A stretch of DNA of 55,396 nt, the filler included, from an uncultured virus (IMG/VR IMGVR_UViG_2049941000_000908) (Duplodnaviria > Heunggongvirae > Uroviricota > Caudoviricetes). It is 20 parts of one record of this genome, joined end to end, with 100 filler letters (N's around TTAATTAATTAA, not from the genome) between each part and the next. Parts side by side here need not be neighbours in the genome. Positions count along the whole stretch, not along the records: positions 42,878 to 44,783 come from IMGVR_UViG_2049941000_000908; positions 44,884 to 50,699 come from IMGVR_UViG_2049941000_000908; positions 50,800 to 51,273 come from IMGVR_UViG_2049941000_000908; positions 51,374 to 52,461 come from IMGVR_UViG_2049941000_000908; positions 52,562 to 55,396 come from IMGVR_UViG_2049941000_000908; 15 more parts are not named here. One strand, 5' to 3'. Position 1 is the first letter of the stretch. Each line of letters starts with the position of its first letter. Positions 42,878 through 54,341 of the stretch are shown here, in pieces. The notes beneath the pieces were generated by a model, which ran no database searches, had not been told where the DNA came from, and saw only the letters and a program-made list of their open reading frames with translations. Made by a program: the position numbers and the translations under genes.

Positions 42878-43784
42878 GGAGCGCGATCTGCTGACGGAAT
42901 TCCGCGAGGAGGATTGGATGACAATGGTGGATCACATGGTGGTTTACAGCAAGGACGATATCCGCGTGATATTCAAGGANNNNNNNNNNTCACTTTGCCA
43001 TCGATCAGGACGATTATCAGACACGCTACAACCAATTAGCCCAGCGGTACGACAGCATCAAAAGCCGCTACGCTCACGTCACTTCACAGATTCAGGAAAA
43101 GACCTCCCGCCGGCATTGTATAGAAATGTATCTGCGGCAGCTGCGGGAGCGCGACCTGCTGACGGAATTCCGCGAGGAGGACTGGATGACGATGGCAGAT
43201 CACATGGTGGTTTACAGCAAGGACGATATCCGCGTGATATTCAAGGNNNNNNNNNNTTATGTGCGGGAGAATCATGAAGCCATCATTCCTCCCGATACCT
43301 TTGAAGCGGTGCAGACCATTATTACGGCGCACAAGGCAAGCAAAGACCACAGCTATGCCACCAGCGTATTCTCCGGCAGGATCATCTGCGGCGACTGCGG
43401 CGGGTGCTTCGGCTCGAAAATCTGGCATTCCAACACGAAATACCGCAAGGCAGTCTGGCGGTGCAATCACAAGTTCAGCGGCGCAAGGAAATGCGCGACG
43501 CCTACTCTGACGCCTGATCAGATAAAAAAGCTGTTCCTCCATGCCGCCAATATGGTGATCGACCGCAGGGAGGAATTCATCGCCGTGTATGAGGACGTTC
43601 TCAGCCGGAGCCTTGACACGTCCGCTTTGGAGAGGGAACTTGCCGAACTGGAAACCGAAATAAAAATCGCCGCCGACATGATAGAGAGCTGCATCAGGGA
43701 GAACGCCCACTTTGCCATCGATCAGGATGAATACCAGACACGCTACAACCAATTAGCCCAGCGGTACGACAGCATCAAAAGCCG
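42878..43784 (+). CDS. Large serine recombinase, C-terminal fragments
   Basis: YVRENHEAII, FSGRIICGDCG...WRCNHKF...C Zn ribbon, coiled coil. Confidence 0.88.
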
Positions 43785-43794
43785 NNNNNNNNNN

Positions 43795-44174
43795 AAGAAA
43801 AAATAGCCAATCTTCGTCTGAAGGGTCTGAGTTATACGGAGATAGCGGACAGACTGAATGTTTCCAGAGCTGCGGTGGTATCCTTCTGCCGCAGGAACGA
43901 CTTGCAGGCGTCTCAACCGGATACGGACGTATGCCGTGAATGTGGCAGCGCCTTGGTGCAGACGCCGGGAATGAAGCGCAGGGTATTCTGCTCGGCGGGA
44001 TGCAGGGTCAGATGGTGGAAAGCGCATCCCGAGCGGCTCAGCGGAAAGGCGACCTATCATTTTGTCTGCAAAAAATGCGGCAAGCCCTTCTCCGCCTACG
44101 GAAACGCCAAAAGGAAATACTGCTGTCACGAATGTTATATTGAAGACCGATTCGGAGGCGGCAAAGATGAATAA
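43795..44174 (+). CDS. HTH plus Zn-finger protein of the type usually found upstream of phage recombinase genes
   Basis: LRLKGLSYTEIADRLNVS..AVVSFCRRN; CRECG...FCSAGCR..WW; CKKCGKPF...KYCCHECY. Confidence 0.75.
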
Positions 44175-44434
44175 AAGCAATTTTATGGCGGAGAAAAGGT
44201 ACCTGCTGTGCATTGGCATGCTCAGAAAAATGCTGGAATTGGAAATCATTCACCGCAGCAAAGGCATAATCTACACAATTCCGCCCGCCATACTTTGTGA
44301 GTGTTATTNNNNNNNNNNCAATGCTGGAATTGGAAATCATCACCGAGGACGAATACGACGAAATTGATACAATATTGCTTAATAAATACAAACCATCTTT
44401 GTCGGCTTTATTGTCCGGAAAAGACTTGATATAA
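44167..44434 (+). CDS. Small SHOCT-like protein
   Basis: MLRKMLELEIITEDEYDEIDTILLNKYKP, reconstructed from two fragments. Confidence 0.55.
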
Positions 44435-44476
44435 TTCGGATTGAGAGCGAATATATGGTCGGAAGGAGGCGTGTTT

Positions 44477-44783
44477 ATGCCTAAGATTACAATGATAAAA
44501 CCGAAAATCAAGGAGCTTCCGGTGAAAAAAAGAGTAGCCGCTTACGCGCGTGTTTCGATGGACACCGAGAGGCTCATGCACTCCATTTCGGCGCAGATCA
44601 GCTATTACAGCGAGCTGATCCAGAAAAATCCCGAATGGGAATATGTCGGGGTGTATGCGGATTTTGGAATTTCCGGCACCCGCATTGAAAAGCGCACGGA
44701 ATTCTCCCGTATGCTCAGGGACTGCGAGGACGGCAAAATCGACATTATCCTGTGTAAATCCATATCCAGATTTGCGAGGAACA
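44477..44783 (+). CDS. Serine recombinase, N-terminal resolvase domain
   Basis: RVAAYARVS...SAQISYY...VYADFGISGT..RTEF.RM...GKIDIILCKSISRFARN. Confidence 0.93.
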
Positions 44784-44883
44784 NNNNNNNNNNNNNNNNN
44801 NNNNNNNNNNNNNNNNNNNNNNNNNNNTTAATTAATTAANNNNNNNNNNNNNNNNNNNNNNNNNNNNNNNNNNNNNNNNNNNN

Positions 44884-45775
44884 TGATCCGTAACGGCAAG
44901 CGGCTTTGCGCCTGACCGAACAAAGACCGACGCGCTGATGAAGGGATCACTGCAGCGCTCGTCCAGATCTTCTTTGCCGAGATACTTTTCTATATTCTTT
45001 TTGGAATACTGCGGACCCCATTTCTTCTCCAGATTGACTCGCTTGGTGTCGAATTTGACTTTTTTACCGTCTTTCTGATAATCGACAAAATCTTTTTCCC
45101 AGCAGAGGATGATGGGATTGTCTTCTTCCTTATCCGCTTTTTCCTTCTCATACAGTTCACAGAAATGCAGCTTCTCCCTCCGCAGGAAGGCGTTGAATTC
45201 CTCCATTGTACCGGATTGGGAAATGGCTTTATTCACGCAATCCCGCATCTCTTTCCATGAGGACAGCAGAGAGGGAAACAGCGTCCATTGACGTACCACA
45301 TAGGGAACCTGCTCTTTGTTGAGCTGATTCTTTGCCGCGTTCAGGGTGGTCTTGGTAAAGTAGGCACGGCGGTTTGCTTCATGGAGCTGCCACTTCTTTT
45401 TTTTGTCGTCCCATTGGAGCAGTCCGGCTTTTTTCAGGGGCTGCCCGTCCCGCTGGGACAGGATATTGCAAATAATAATGGAGAAACAACTGTTNNNNNN
45501 NNNNACACATTCCGCACCATGCCGCGCAGTTCGCTGCCTGGAATGATGGGAACGCCTCCCGCGGTCATGAAGGGGTAGATGTAATGATCTTTGCATTCCT
45601 TTGACATGAAACGCTCTTCCGCGTCGGGAATAGCAAGGGGCGTTTTGACGGTAAGGGAGCATTTGATCTCGCCGGTCAGAAGCGGTTCGGACGCGGTTTC
45701 TTCATTTCTCTGTTTTCTTTCCACTTCCCCGCCGTAAGGAATAAAATTGTAGGGGTTGATGGTAAACTGACTCAT
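44884..45775 (-). CRISPR. cas7: Type III-D Cas7-group RAMP with large insertion (TIGR03986-like), fragments
   Basis: MSQFTINPYNFIP...LLTGEIKCSLTVKTPLAIP...PIIPGSELRGMVRNV; coupled to csx19. Assignment of the 44884-45494 piece is by position only. Confidence 0.78.
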
Positions 45776-46287
45776 TGCTCCTGACCTCCTTTCGCAAGGA
45801 ATCTGACAAAGCGGTAGTCATACAACTGTGCCAGACCTTCGGGATTTTTATAACTGATGTAATTGCAGAGCAGCAGCCGGTCGGCATTTTCAATGGGAAG
45901 GTGATACACGCCGCCTGTCATGGTTTTGTATGCAAACAGGTCGCCCACCGGCTTTCCTGTTTCGGTGACTGTTGTGTCAATATCGAGATAATGCGTTTCC
46001 AGCATGTGGGTTGCATCGTCTGTCGGAATCTTTTTGTCGTCAATGTAACGGCAGGTAAATTCTTCCCCGATAAGGCTGCGGCAGGCGTAAAACTCGCTTG
46101 TTTCATTGAACGCGCGCAGTTCCAGCAGCTTTTTGACTTCCTCCGCGCTGATCCCGGTCACGCAGTCGGCTCTATCGGTGAAATACGCGACCAGCGTTCT
46201 TCCCTTTGCAAGCTCCGACAGGATTTCACAAAAAGCTTTTTCATCGATCTTCTGTCCGTTGTATTGCGTGAAAAATTCATTCGGCAT
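45772..46287 (-). CRISPR. csx19: Csx19 (type III-D signature subunit)
   Basis: LLELRAFNETSEF...ETHYLDID...LCNYISY...AQLYDYRFVRF; located between two Cas7 genes as in III-D operons. Confidence 0.78.
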
Positions 46288-47246
46288 GGTGTTCTTCCCC
46301 TCCTTTGGCAGTCGAAGCAGCTTCGACCGATACAATATCCTTTTCCGTCAGAACGACGTTCTCACTTGTGATCTTCCCGGTCACGTCAATACCGTCCACC
46401 GTTATTTTCTCTATCTCAAACAGGCCTCTGCCGACCGCCGTCAGACCGCCTACCGCCAGATAGCCGAAGTGCAGGTCTTTCAGCACACAGGAAAGCGGAG
46501 AAATGTATTTTGTGAGAAGCTCGCTGTCAACCGTAATTGCAAGCTCGGTTTCACCGCCGTAATAGGTCTGCTCCGTGTAGAGATTGCCGTCCTTGGTGGC
46601 GGAGGAAAACCGGTCGAGCGAGTTTCGGGTGAGCTTTTTCCACTGACCGCCGGAAAGCCGGCTCTCGGAGAAGGTAATTCTGGATTTGCGGGCGATTGGT
46701 GTATTGTCATCCTTCTTTTCCTGATCGACATAGCCGAAAAGCTCTCTCCGTGATTCAATATCAGTGAATGCGGTGAAGCGTTCGCGGAAAACACCAGCCC
46801 AGCTCGAACCGGGTATCACCGGCGTTTTTTCCTTGTCGTGGAGTGAGAGATGCATATAATCGGGCATGGTTTCTTCCTTGGTGGACACCTCGGTCGAATA
46901 TTCGCGGATGGAAATGCCGGCTCTGTTTCTGAGTCTGATCACAATATGGGAATCCTTGTGATCTTCCGATAATATGATCTTATCCGCTTTCTCCCAGTGA
47001 GCGTCGTTGAACATATCGAAGTCCAGCCAGTCTGTGAGCTTGTCAGGGAATACAAAACACTTCTTCTTCACGGTGAGCGAAACCTGACCGTAGCCGCGCG
47101 TGGTCTTTGCGCCGAGCCGCAGTTCGCCTGTGTTGAATCGCGCCAGCGCGGACTCGATTTTGCATTCAAAGGCAGTCTGTGTGGCATCATTATCGCCGGG
47201 CAATTCAAGGAATCCAATAAACTCCGCGCCGGTTTCCACCGCCTGA
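46277..47246 (-). CRISPR. cas7: Tandem Cas7 (Csm3-like) RAMP fusion, 5' truncated
   Basis: Two G-rich loops, RLGAKTTRGYG and LAVGGLTAVGRG; PVIPGSSWAGVFR, ELFG, KSRITFSE, RNSLDRF. Confidence 0.88.
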
Positions 47247-47256
47247 NNNNNNNNNN

Positions 47257-47577
47257 CAGATTCTGCGCGACCGGCGACTGGAGTTGGGACTCACCCAGGA
47301 ACAGGTCGCGCTGGACCTCGGCATGAGCATACACCAGTACCAGCGATACGAATACGGCGANNNNNNNNNNAGGATTCTGCGCGACCGGCGACTGGAGTTG
47401 GGACTCACCCAGGAGCAGGTCGCACTGGACCTCGGCATGAGCATACACCAGTACCAGCGATACGAATACGGCGAGCATAAAATTTCCAACTGTCCCATGC
47501 GAATCGGTCTGCGAATATGCGCCGTTCTGGAGCTTGACCCGTATGAGCTGGTGTTTGGGAGGGATAACGATATATAA
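47257..47577 (+). CDS. Small XRE HTH protein (duplicated fragments)
   Basis: ILRDRRLELGLTQEQVALDLGMSIHQYQRYEYGE. Confidence 0.82.
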   Translation, partial: QILRDRRLELGLTQEQVALDLGMSIHQYQRYEYGXXXXRILRDRRLELGLTQEQVALDLGMSIHQYQRYEYGEHKISNCPMRIGLRICAVLELDPYELVFGRDNDI

Positions 47578-47582
47578 AACAG

Positions 47583-47616
47583 TCGCCCGGTCATCATCCG
47601 ACCGGGTGATTTTTTT
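47583..47616 (+). terminator. Intrinsic terminator
   Basis: TCGCCCGGTC-ATCATCC-GACCGGGTGA followed by T7. Confidence 0.75.
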
Positions 47617-47761
47617 ATGCCCGGAATACGTCTTTGCGGACGTGGATAATGTGCGTTTTGTATGGCAAAATGAATGTGCCGGAATGTCCGACAAAACCAT
47701 TATTTGAAGGGGTCTTGCCTATGAAAACAGAAAAATTTATCCGTGAATCGGAGGTAACGGA

Positions 47762-50021
47762 ATGGATGACGTAATGCAGATCGCACAGGAGCGGGCGGAG
47801 CGACCGAAAACCGCGCCGATAGGGGCCGGCTTTGAGTCAGAACGGCAGCGCAGCAAAAACGCGCTTGTCAGGCAGATTGATTCTCTTGACGGCAGAAATG
47901 TCCGCATGATAGCGGCGGCAGGAGCAACGCCCGAGGAAGACCGCATACTGCGTGTGGCGGCGTATTGCCGCGTTTCCACGGACGATATCGATCAGGCGTT
48001 GTCCATCAGGCTGCAAATCTCGCAGTATATGCAGAAAATCAGGGAAAATCCCAACTGGAAATACGCAGGCTGCTATGTGGACGACGGTTTCTCGGGAACA
48101 AACACCGCACACAGACAGGGCTTTCAAAAGCTCATGAAGGATGCGATGGACGGAAAAATCGACATGATCATCACCAAAGCGGTTTCCCGATTTGCAAGAA
48201 ATCTGATGGACTGCATCGGCTGGGTTGAAGCCCTGCAAAATCACGATCCGCCCATCAGGGTGTTCTTTGAACAGGAAAACCTCGATACCCTGTCGCAGAC
48301 AAGCGGTATCATTCTGTTCGTGCTTGCGATGGTGGCACAAGAGGAAAGCCACATGAAGAGCGAGGCGATTCTGCTCTCGCTGGAATGGCGTTTCAGCAGA
48401 GGAAGATTCCTCACGCCGCGTCTGTTCGGCTACGACAAAGTAGAGGTGCCTGACGGTTTCGGCGGCAAGAAGAAAATCCTCGCTGTCAACGAAAGCGAGG
48501 CGCGCGTGGTACGCTGGATGTATTCCACGTTGCTCAACGGCGGCTCCCCGGAGGAAATCGCCGAAGTACTCACCGAAATGGCGATTCCCACAGGCGGTCG
48601 ACGACGCGACGGCACATTGAATACCCGATGGACGGCAAGCGGTGTGGTTGCTACCATGCGTAACGAAAAGCACTGCGGCGACGTCCTTGCCCGAAAAACC
48701 TACACGCCGAACTATAAGGATCACAAGGCGAAGAAGAACAACGGCAAGAAGAACAAGTATTTCCAGCCCGACCACCACGACGCNNNNNNNNNNTGTCCTT
48801 GCCCGAAAAACCTACACGCCGAACTACAAGGATCACAAGGCGAAAAAGAACAACGGCAAGAAGAACAAGTATTTCCAGCCCGACCACCACGACGCCATCG
48901 TCTCACGCGCTATGTGGAACGCCGCCCAGCGTATTCTCAACAGCCGGAAGTACGGTCACGAAGGCACCTATCTTCCTATGAGAATCATTGACAGCGGAAC
49001 GCTTGCCGGCTACATTTCCATGAACCGCGCATGGGCAGGATTTGATTATGAGGATTACTACCGTGCCAGCCAGATCGCAATGGGCATACTCGACAGCGAA
49101 CCCGACGTTGACCTCGAAAAGGAATATCTGCCGGAGGGCGGCAGGCGGCTTGACTGTCTGGTGGACGACCACGGCATTTCACAGATAGCCCGTGACCTGA
49201 CGGCGGCGGAACAGAAAATCAAGGACGAGATGGAGGGCAGGGATTCAGAAGACATTGACGCGGGGCAGAATGACGAGCTGACACGTTCGTTTCAGGTGGT
49301 CAGCGGCGAAATGTTCTCCCGCGTTCATGAGCCGGTCATCCGGATCACGCCGAAGAACATCACCTTCAACAAGTCCTGTGTGGCAAAGCTGCCGGGCGTT
49401 GAATCTGTAGAGCTGCTGCTCAATCCCATCGAGCGCATGATGGTCATCCGGCCGTGTGCGCCGGAACATCCCAACGCTATGACGTGGGATGCCAGATCAA
49501 GAGGGGCAGCCCCTTTGAGCAAGGTCATTTACAGCGTGATGGGCTGGGAGGAGGATTATTCCTTCCGTATTCCCTGTCAGACCGTTTCGGACGGAACACC
49601 CGGTCACACGGTGCTTGTTTTTGACCTTGACAATTACGTCGGACGTTCTGTGAGCAAGAAGGACGAGGCGATCATCGCCGTCAAGGAAGCGGAACAGAAC
49701 ACGGAAGAGCGAGAGGACGCGGCAAGCTACTACTATCCTCCCGACGATGACGAGCCGCAGGAGATACGCGACATGGAGGAACGCTTCATGCAGGCGGTCG
49801 AAGTGGGCAGAAAGACCTTCGGAGAACCCGCTTTCAGGCACGAATCCGGCATGAGAAGTATTCCCACCGATTCCGAGTGGGATATGATGACGGAAGCACG
49901 TCCGCTTGACGTCACGCACACCGTAAACGCGGATGATGTGGACGACCTGCTGCTTGCCATCATGAATGATCCGCCGGCTCTTCCGCATATCGAATGCACT
50001 TCCGAAACAGACAATCCATGA
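47762..50021 (+). CDS. Large serine recombinase (two overlapping contigs)
   Basis: LRVAAYCRVST, YVDDGFSGT, GKIDMIITKAVSRFARN, AQEESHMKS, RLFGYD, MRNEKHCGD, HHDAIVSR; long C-terminal extension. Confidence 0.92.
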
Positions 50022-50799
50022 AAGGTTGATGAACTATGCAGACATCGAGAAATCCGGCAAAAAGCCGTCCGCTATCGGCAAATGTCAAACGCCTGATGCG
50101 TCTGGCGAGGGCTTCTCCGCAGAACAACAGCGTCATCAAAATGGAGAAGCAATTCAGCGCACGTGACATTGCCTGCTGCCACAAACAGGGCAATCTTTTC
50201 ATGGAAGCGGCGTCTATGGGNNNNNNNNNNAGATAAGCTCATATCCCTCGCCGAAACGCCCTTGTTAATCCGCAGGGCGGCAAGCCGCCGGGANNNNNNN
50301 NNNGTTGACGCCGTTCTCAATGTTGTTGATATAACCCGCGCTCTGACCGATGGATAAGCNNNNNNNNNNACTTGTGGAAGATGTGAGCTAAATCGCAAAA
50401 CCTCACCAGACGCTTCCTCCTTTCATGTATGCGGTGATGTATGCCACTGTATGCGACTGTAGGCGGCTTTCACGAGCATTCTTTTATACTATCCATGCGA
50501 ACTGGAGATAGGGAGACCCCATCGCAGAACGCACTGCTGATATTATATCACAGTTGATCGTCATCCGCAATATCTTGACTGCGATGGCAGACAAAATAGT
50601 TTGGATGCACGCAAAAAAGTTTCCCTGCTGACAAAGCAACTACCCCTACGGATTTTGAAAACTGGATGGTGAATCGAAAATGATGAGCAAGAAGGACTGN
50701 NNNNNNNNNNNNNNNNNNNNNNNNNNNNNNNNNNNNNNNNNNNTTAATTAATTAANNNNNNNNNNNNNNNNNNNNNNNNNNNNNNNNNNNNNNNNNNNN

Positions 50800-50860
50800 C
50801 GGCAAGGCCAGCGCAGAGGCTGACTTCGCTACCGACGAAGACGAAGATTTCCTTGACTGA
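50800..50860 (+). CDS. Acidic C-terminus of a phage ssDNA-binding protein (DUF2815-like)
   Basis: GKASAEADFATDEDEDFLD*, upstream of the DNA polymerase start. Confidence 0.55.
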
Positions 50861-50874
50861 TGGAGGTGCCAACT

Positions 50875-51093
50875 ATGAGTGCTACTACTATTCTCTGCAT
50901 CCTTCTCCTTTCCCTCTACCTGCTTCTGGCGGTGTTCTGGATCGTCCGGTCCATCATCGATGCCATCGACGACCGGAAACGTGAGAAACGCAATGCCCAG
51001 TGGGAGGCCGAGCGCCAGCAGCTCGAAAAAGAACGTGCCATGCGTGAGGTCGAATACCATGAGGCTCGTATGAAGGAACTCGACAAGCAGTAA
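50875..51093 (+). CDS. Small single-TM coiled-coil protein
   Basis: GGAGG RBS; MSATTILCILLLSLYLLLAVFWIV followed by a charged helix. Confidence 0.7.
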   Translation: MSATTILCILLLSLYLLLAVFWIVRSIIDAIDDRKREKRNAQWEAERQQLEKERAMREVEYHEARMKELDKQ

Positions 51094-51157
51094 TCTTCGA
51101 CCAGCGGGTGGCGGGTATAATCCTGCCACCTTGTTGGTATTGGAAAGGAACGTGATC

Positions 51158-51273
51158 ATGAGAACCCTCAGTATAGATATCGAGACCTACAGCGACGTGC
51201 CTCTCCAGAAAAGCGGTGTGTATCGTTACTGCGAGTCTCCCAATTTTGAAATCCTGCTCTTCGGTTACAGCGC
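51158..51273 (+). CDS. Phage family A DNA polymerase, N-terminus
   Basis: MRTLSIDIETYSDVPLQKSGVYRY...FEILLFGYS (exonuclease ExoI motif DIET). Confidence 0.88.
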
Positions 51274-51373
51274 NNNNNNNNNNNNNNNNNNNNNNNNNNN
51301 NNNNNNNNNNNNNNNNNTTAATTAATTAANNNNNNNNNNNNNNNNNNNNNNNNNNNNNNNNNNNNNNNNNNNN

Positions 51374-52461
51374 CGCGATAAAAACATCGATCACCACTGT
51401 GATTACGGCGATTCAGACCGCGCTCTCTACAGCATGGACAGCGATCCAAACGACTGCCTCTACTGTGTGGAACGCGATCAAGNNNNNNNNNNTGCGATCA
51501 AAACAACGATCACCACTGTGGTTACGGCGATTCAGACCGCGCTCTCTACAACATGGACAGCGATCCAAACGACTGCCTCTACTGTGTGGAACGCGATCAA
51601 GACGGCAATCTCCACGACGGTCACGGCCATTCAAACGACCCTGACGACGGTATGGAACACAATCAAAACCACGCTGTCGACCGTGATGACGGCCATCCAG
51701 ACTGCCTTCTCCACGGCTTGGAACGCGATCAAGACGACGATCACAACGGTCGTGAATGCGATTTCCACGACGATCAGCACCGTGTGGAATACGATCAAAA
51801 CGACCATCACCACTGTGATGAATGGCATTCAGACGACCATATCCACGGTCTGGAATTCCATAAAGACCACGGTGACAACCGTCGTGAACGGCATTTCCAC
51901 TACAGTCAGCACCGTTTGGAATACGATCAAAACGACCGTCTCGAATGTAGTGAACGGCATCAAGACGACCGTGACTACAACATGGAACAACATCAAGACC
52001 TCAGTGTCCACGACCATGAGCGGGATCAGTTCTTCGATCAGTTCCGTCTGGAATACGATCAAGAGCTCGGTTTCTACGGCTGTGAATAATGTGAAAACGA
52101 CGGTGTCTAATGCCTTTAACTCCATCAAAACAACGGCATCTACGGTCTGGAGCAACATCAAGTCGGCAATGACCTCTCCGATTGACAGCGCCAAGACACT
52201 GATCGGCAATGCCATCGAGCGAATCAAAGGCCTGTTCAACTTCAGCTGGAGCTTTCCGAAACCGAAGATGCCGCATTTCTCCTGGTACTGGCAGAGCATC
52301 GGCGGTATCGTATCCATCCCGATGATCTCGGTGGATTGGTATAAGAAGGCAATGGACGCCGGTATGATCCTGAACAGCCCGACGATCTTCGGCGCTGCCG
52401 GAGGACAACTCCTCGGTGCCGGTGAGGCTGGATCGGAAACTGTGGTCGGCACGCAGAGCCT
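51374..52461 (+). CDS. Tape measure protein, C-terminal region
   Basis: 22-residue periodic WNxIKT repeats, then FSWSFPKPKMPHFS...VDWYKKAMDAGMILNSPTIFG...GAGEAGSETVV. Confidence 0.88.
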
Positions 52462-52561
52462 NNNNNNNNNNNNNNNNNNNNNNNNNNNNNNNNNNNNNNN
52501 NNNNNTTAATTAATTAANNNNNNNNNNNNNNNNNNNNNNNNNNNNNNNNNNNNNNNNNNNN

Positions 52562-53000
52562 TGTCGCCCTGATCCGGCTCATGTCCGAGGGCAAGGTAGA
52601 CGATGCTTACGTTGAAAACGGCTACCTGTACCTCACATCCAATGATGAAGTTGTAGCCGGTCCTCTTGGCCCCTTCTCCGGCACTGGCGGAGGCGGTGGC
52701 GGCAGTTCCGGCAACAACGCACAGATCTCCGTTACCAACCGGACNNNNNNNNNNTCTGCACAAGATCCCCGTTGTTGCCTCTCACGGCTCTGCCGCGTGG
52801 ATCGACGAGGAAGGTGCCTATACCGAAAGCGACGACGTCTTCGGTCAGGTCCAGCTNNNNNNNNNNAACGGCCTACGAGGGCTCGCCGCAGGATGACGCG
52901 ATGGAAAAACTACTACGCGCAAGGAGTAAAACCAGATGATTGAAAAAGTGAATCCGAGCCACCCGGACAAGGTGGCAGACCGCATCGCCGGTGCCATCGT
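52562..53000 (+). other. Short fragments of a related phage: tail protein (52562-52744), major capsid (52755-52856), terS C-terminus (52867-52939), metK N-terminus (52936-53000)
   Basis: VVAGPLGPFSGTGGGG; HKIPVVASHGSAAWIDEEG; PQDDAMEKLLRARSKTR*; MIEKVNPSHPDKVADRIAGAI. Confidence 0.7.
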
Positions 53001-53116
53001 NNNNNNNNNNGATGAACTCCTGCTTGCTGCGGAAGTCATAGATCGCAAGCACGGGCGCGAAGCCGCTTGGTGTTTCGGTCATGGATGGTAGCCTCCTTAT
53101 ATGTGTNNNNNNNNNN

Positions 53117-53308
53117 AAAGCCGAGAAAGGACGGGGATCGTACATTTCCTTTATTCAGCTCGACGAAGAACCGGTCGTAAATATCTTCAATCAGCTTCGA
53201 CGCGCCGGAAATTTCCTGCAATCGGTTGGTGCGATAAATGTACTCCTGCTTACTGCGGAAGTCATAGATCGCAAGCACGGGTGCGAAGCCGCTTGGTGTT
53301 TCGGTCAT
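53117..53308 (-). CRISPR. cas10: Cas10 N-terminus, apparently without an HD domain (second copy 53011-53082)
   Basis: AAGGAGG RBS; MTETPSGFAPVLAIYDFRSKQEYIYRTNRLQEISGASKLI matches the DxxxxQxYIF...L.E..GAS motif of Cas10/Cmr2. Confidence 0.78.
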
Positions 53309-53351
53309 GGATGGTAGCCTCCTTATATGTGTGATATGTGCGTGAGTGGTA

Positions 53352-53577
53352 TTATTTTCTTTTCGCAAGTTCAAGGATTCGATTCATTGAGTCGGTCAGG
53401 AATTGTTTCAACGTATCAATATCCAGCTTATCCTCGTCAAAGACATATCCTTGCTTTGCAAGGTATTCTTTGCGGTCTTGAATCTTTTTGTCTTCTGTTA
53501 TACTTGTCAAACTATCGGCTTCATTGGATGATGCATGATTAATTTCGTTTCGTATAGTAACGGCGTAGGCATAATCC
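53352..53577 (-). CRISPR. HEPN C-terminus of a Csx1/Csm6-like ancillary RNase (absent from ORF track)
   Basis: Open frame DYAYAVTIRNEINHASSNE...MNRILELAKRK* containing RxxxxH (RNEINH); ends about 43 nt upstream of cas10 on the same contig. Confidence 0.65.
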
Positions 53578-54341
53578 NNNNNNNNNNNNNNNNNNNNNNN
53601 NNNNNNNNNNNNNNNNNNNNNNNNNNNNNNNNNNNNNNNNNNNNNNNNNNNNNNNNNNNNNNNNNNNNNNNNNNNNNNNNNNNNNNNNNNNNNNNNNNNN
53701 NNNNNNNNNNNNNNNNNNNNNNNNNNNNNNNNNNNNNNNNNNNNNNNNNNNNNNNNNNNNNNNNNNNNNNNNNNNNNNNNNNNNNNNNNNNNNNNNNNNN
53801 NNNNNNNNNNNNNNNNNNNNNNNNNNNNNNNNNNNNNNNNNNNNNNNNNNNNNNNNNNNNNNNNNNNNNNNNNNNNNNNNNNNNNNNNNNNNNNNNNNNN
53901 NNNNNNNNNNNNNNNNNNNNNNNNNNNNNNNNNNNNNNNNNNNNNNNNNNNNNNNNNNNNNNNNNNNNNNNNNNNNNNNNNNNNNNNNNNNNNNNNNNNN
54001 NNNNNNNNNNNNNNNNNNNNNNNNNNNNNNNNNNNNNNNNNNNNNNNNNNNNNNNNNNNNNNNNNNNNNNNNNNNNNNNNNNNNNNNNNNNNNNNNNNNN
54101 NNNNNNNNNNNNNNNNNNNNNNNNNNNNNNNNNNNNNNNNNNNNNNNNNNNNNNNNNNNNNNNNNNNNNNNNNNNNNNNNNNNNNNNNNNNNNNNNNNNN
54201 NNNNNNNNNNNNNNNNNNNNNNNNNNNNNNNNNNNNNNNNNNNNNNNNNNNNNNNNNNNNNNNNNNNNNNNNNNNNNNNNNNNNNNNNNNNNNNNNNNNN
54301 NNNNNNNNNNNNNNNNNNNNNNNNNNNNNNNNNNNNNNNNN

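Larger units (their letters stand above)
3830..50021. mobile_element. Fragmented temperate siphovirus-like prophage(s) with serine recombinases
   Basis: Lysogeny, replication, methylation, packaging, head, tail, lysis and recombinase modules appear in roughly canonical order. Boundaries and att sites cannot be defined. Confidence 0.85.
1238..52561. other. Artificial scaffold linkers (N-run, TTAATTAATTAA, N-run), 19 occurrences
   Basis: Identical six-frame-stop 12-mer at 1282, 3774, 5974, 7218, 11641, 15034, 20472, 21337, 23210, 25272, 29227, 32816, 35859, 40557, 42822, 44828, 50744, 51318 and 52506. Confidence 0.98.

Noticed and set aside
51106..51131. Hairpin GGTGGCGGG-TATAAT-CCTGCCACC as a promoter or ncRNA
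   Set aside because: No -35 element at the right spacing and no U-tract; a short intergenic stem with no further support.
51374..52200. Periodic Thr-rich repeats as a novel repeat array
   Set aside because: These are ordinary 11/22-residue tape measure protein repeats.
1282..52517. Recurrent TTAATTAATTAA as a biological repeat or att site
   Set aside because: Always embedded in fixed-length N runs; it is a six-frame-stop concatenation linker.
53036..53374. ORF-track start at 53374 for the cas10 fragment
   Set aside because: The better start is the ATG at 53308 with an AAGGAGG RBS; the upstream part overlaps the end of the HEPN gene.
44884..53577. CRISPR repeat-spacer array
   Set aside because: No regularly spaced 28-40 bp direct repeats were found near the cas genes or elsewhere; an array could be hidden in gaps.
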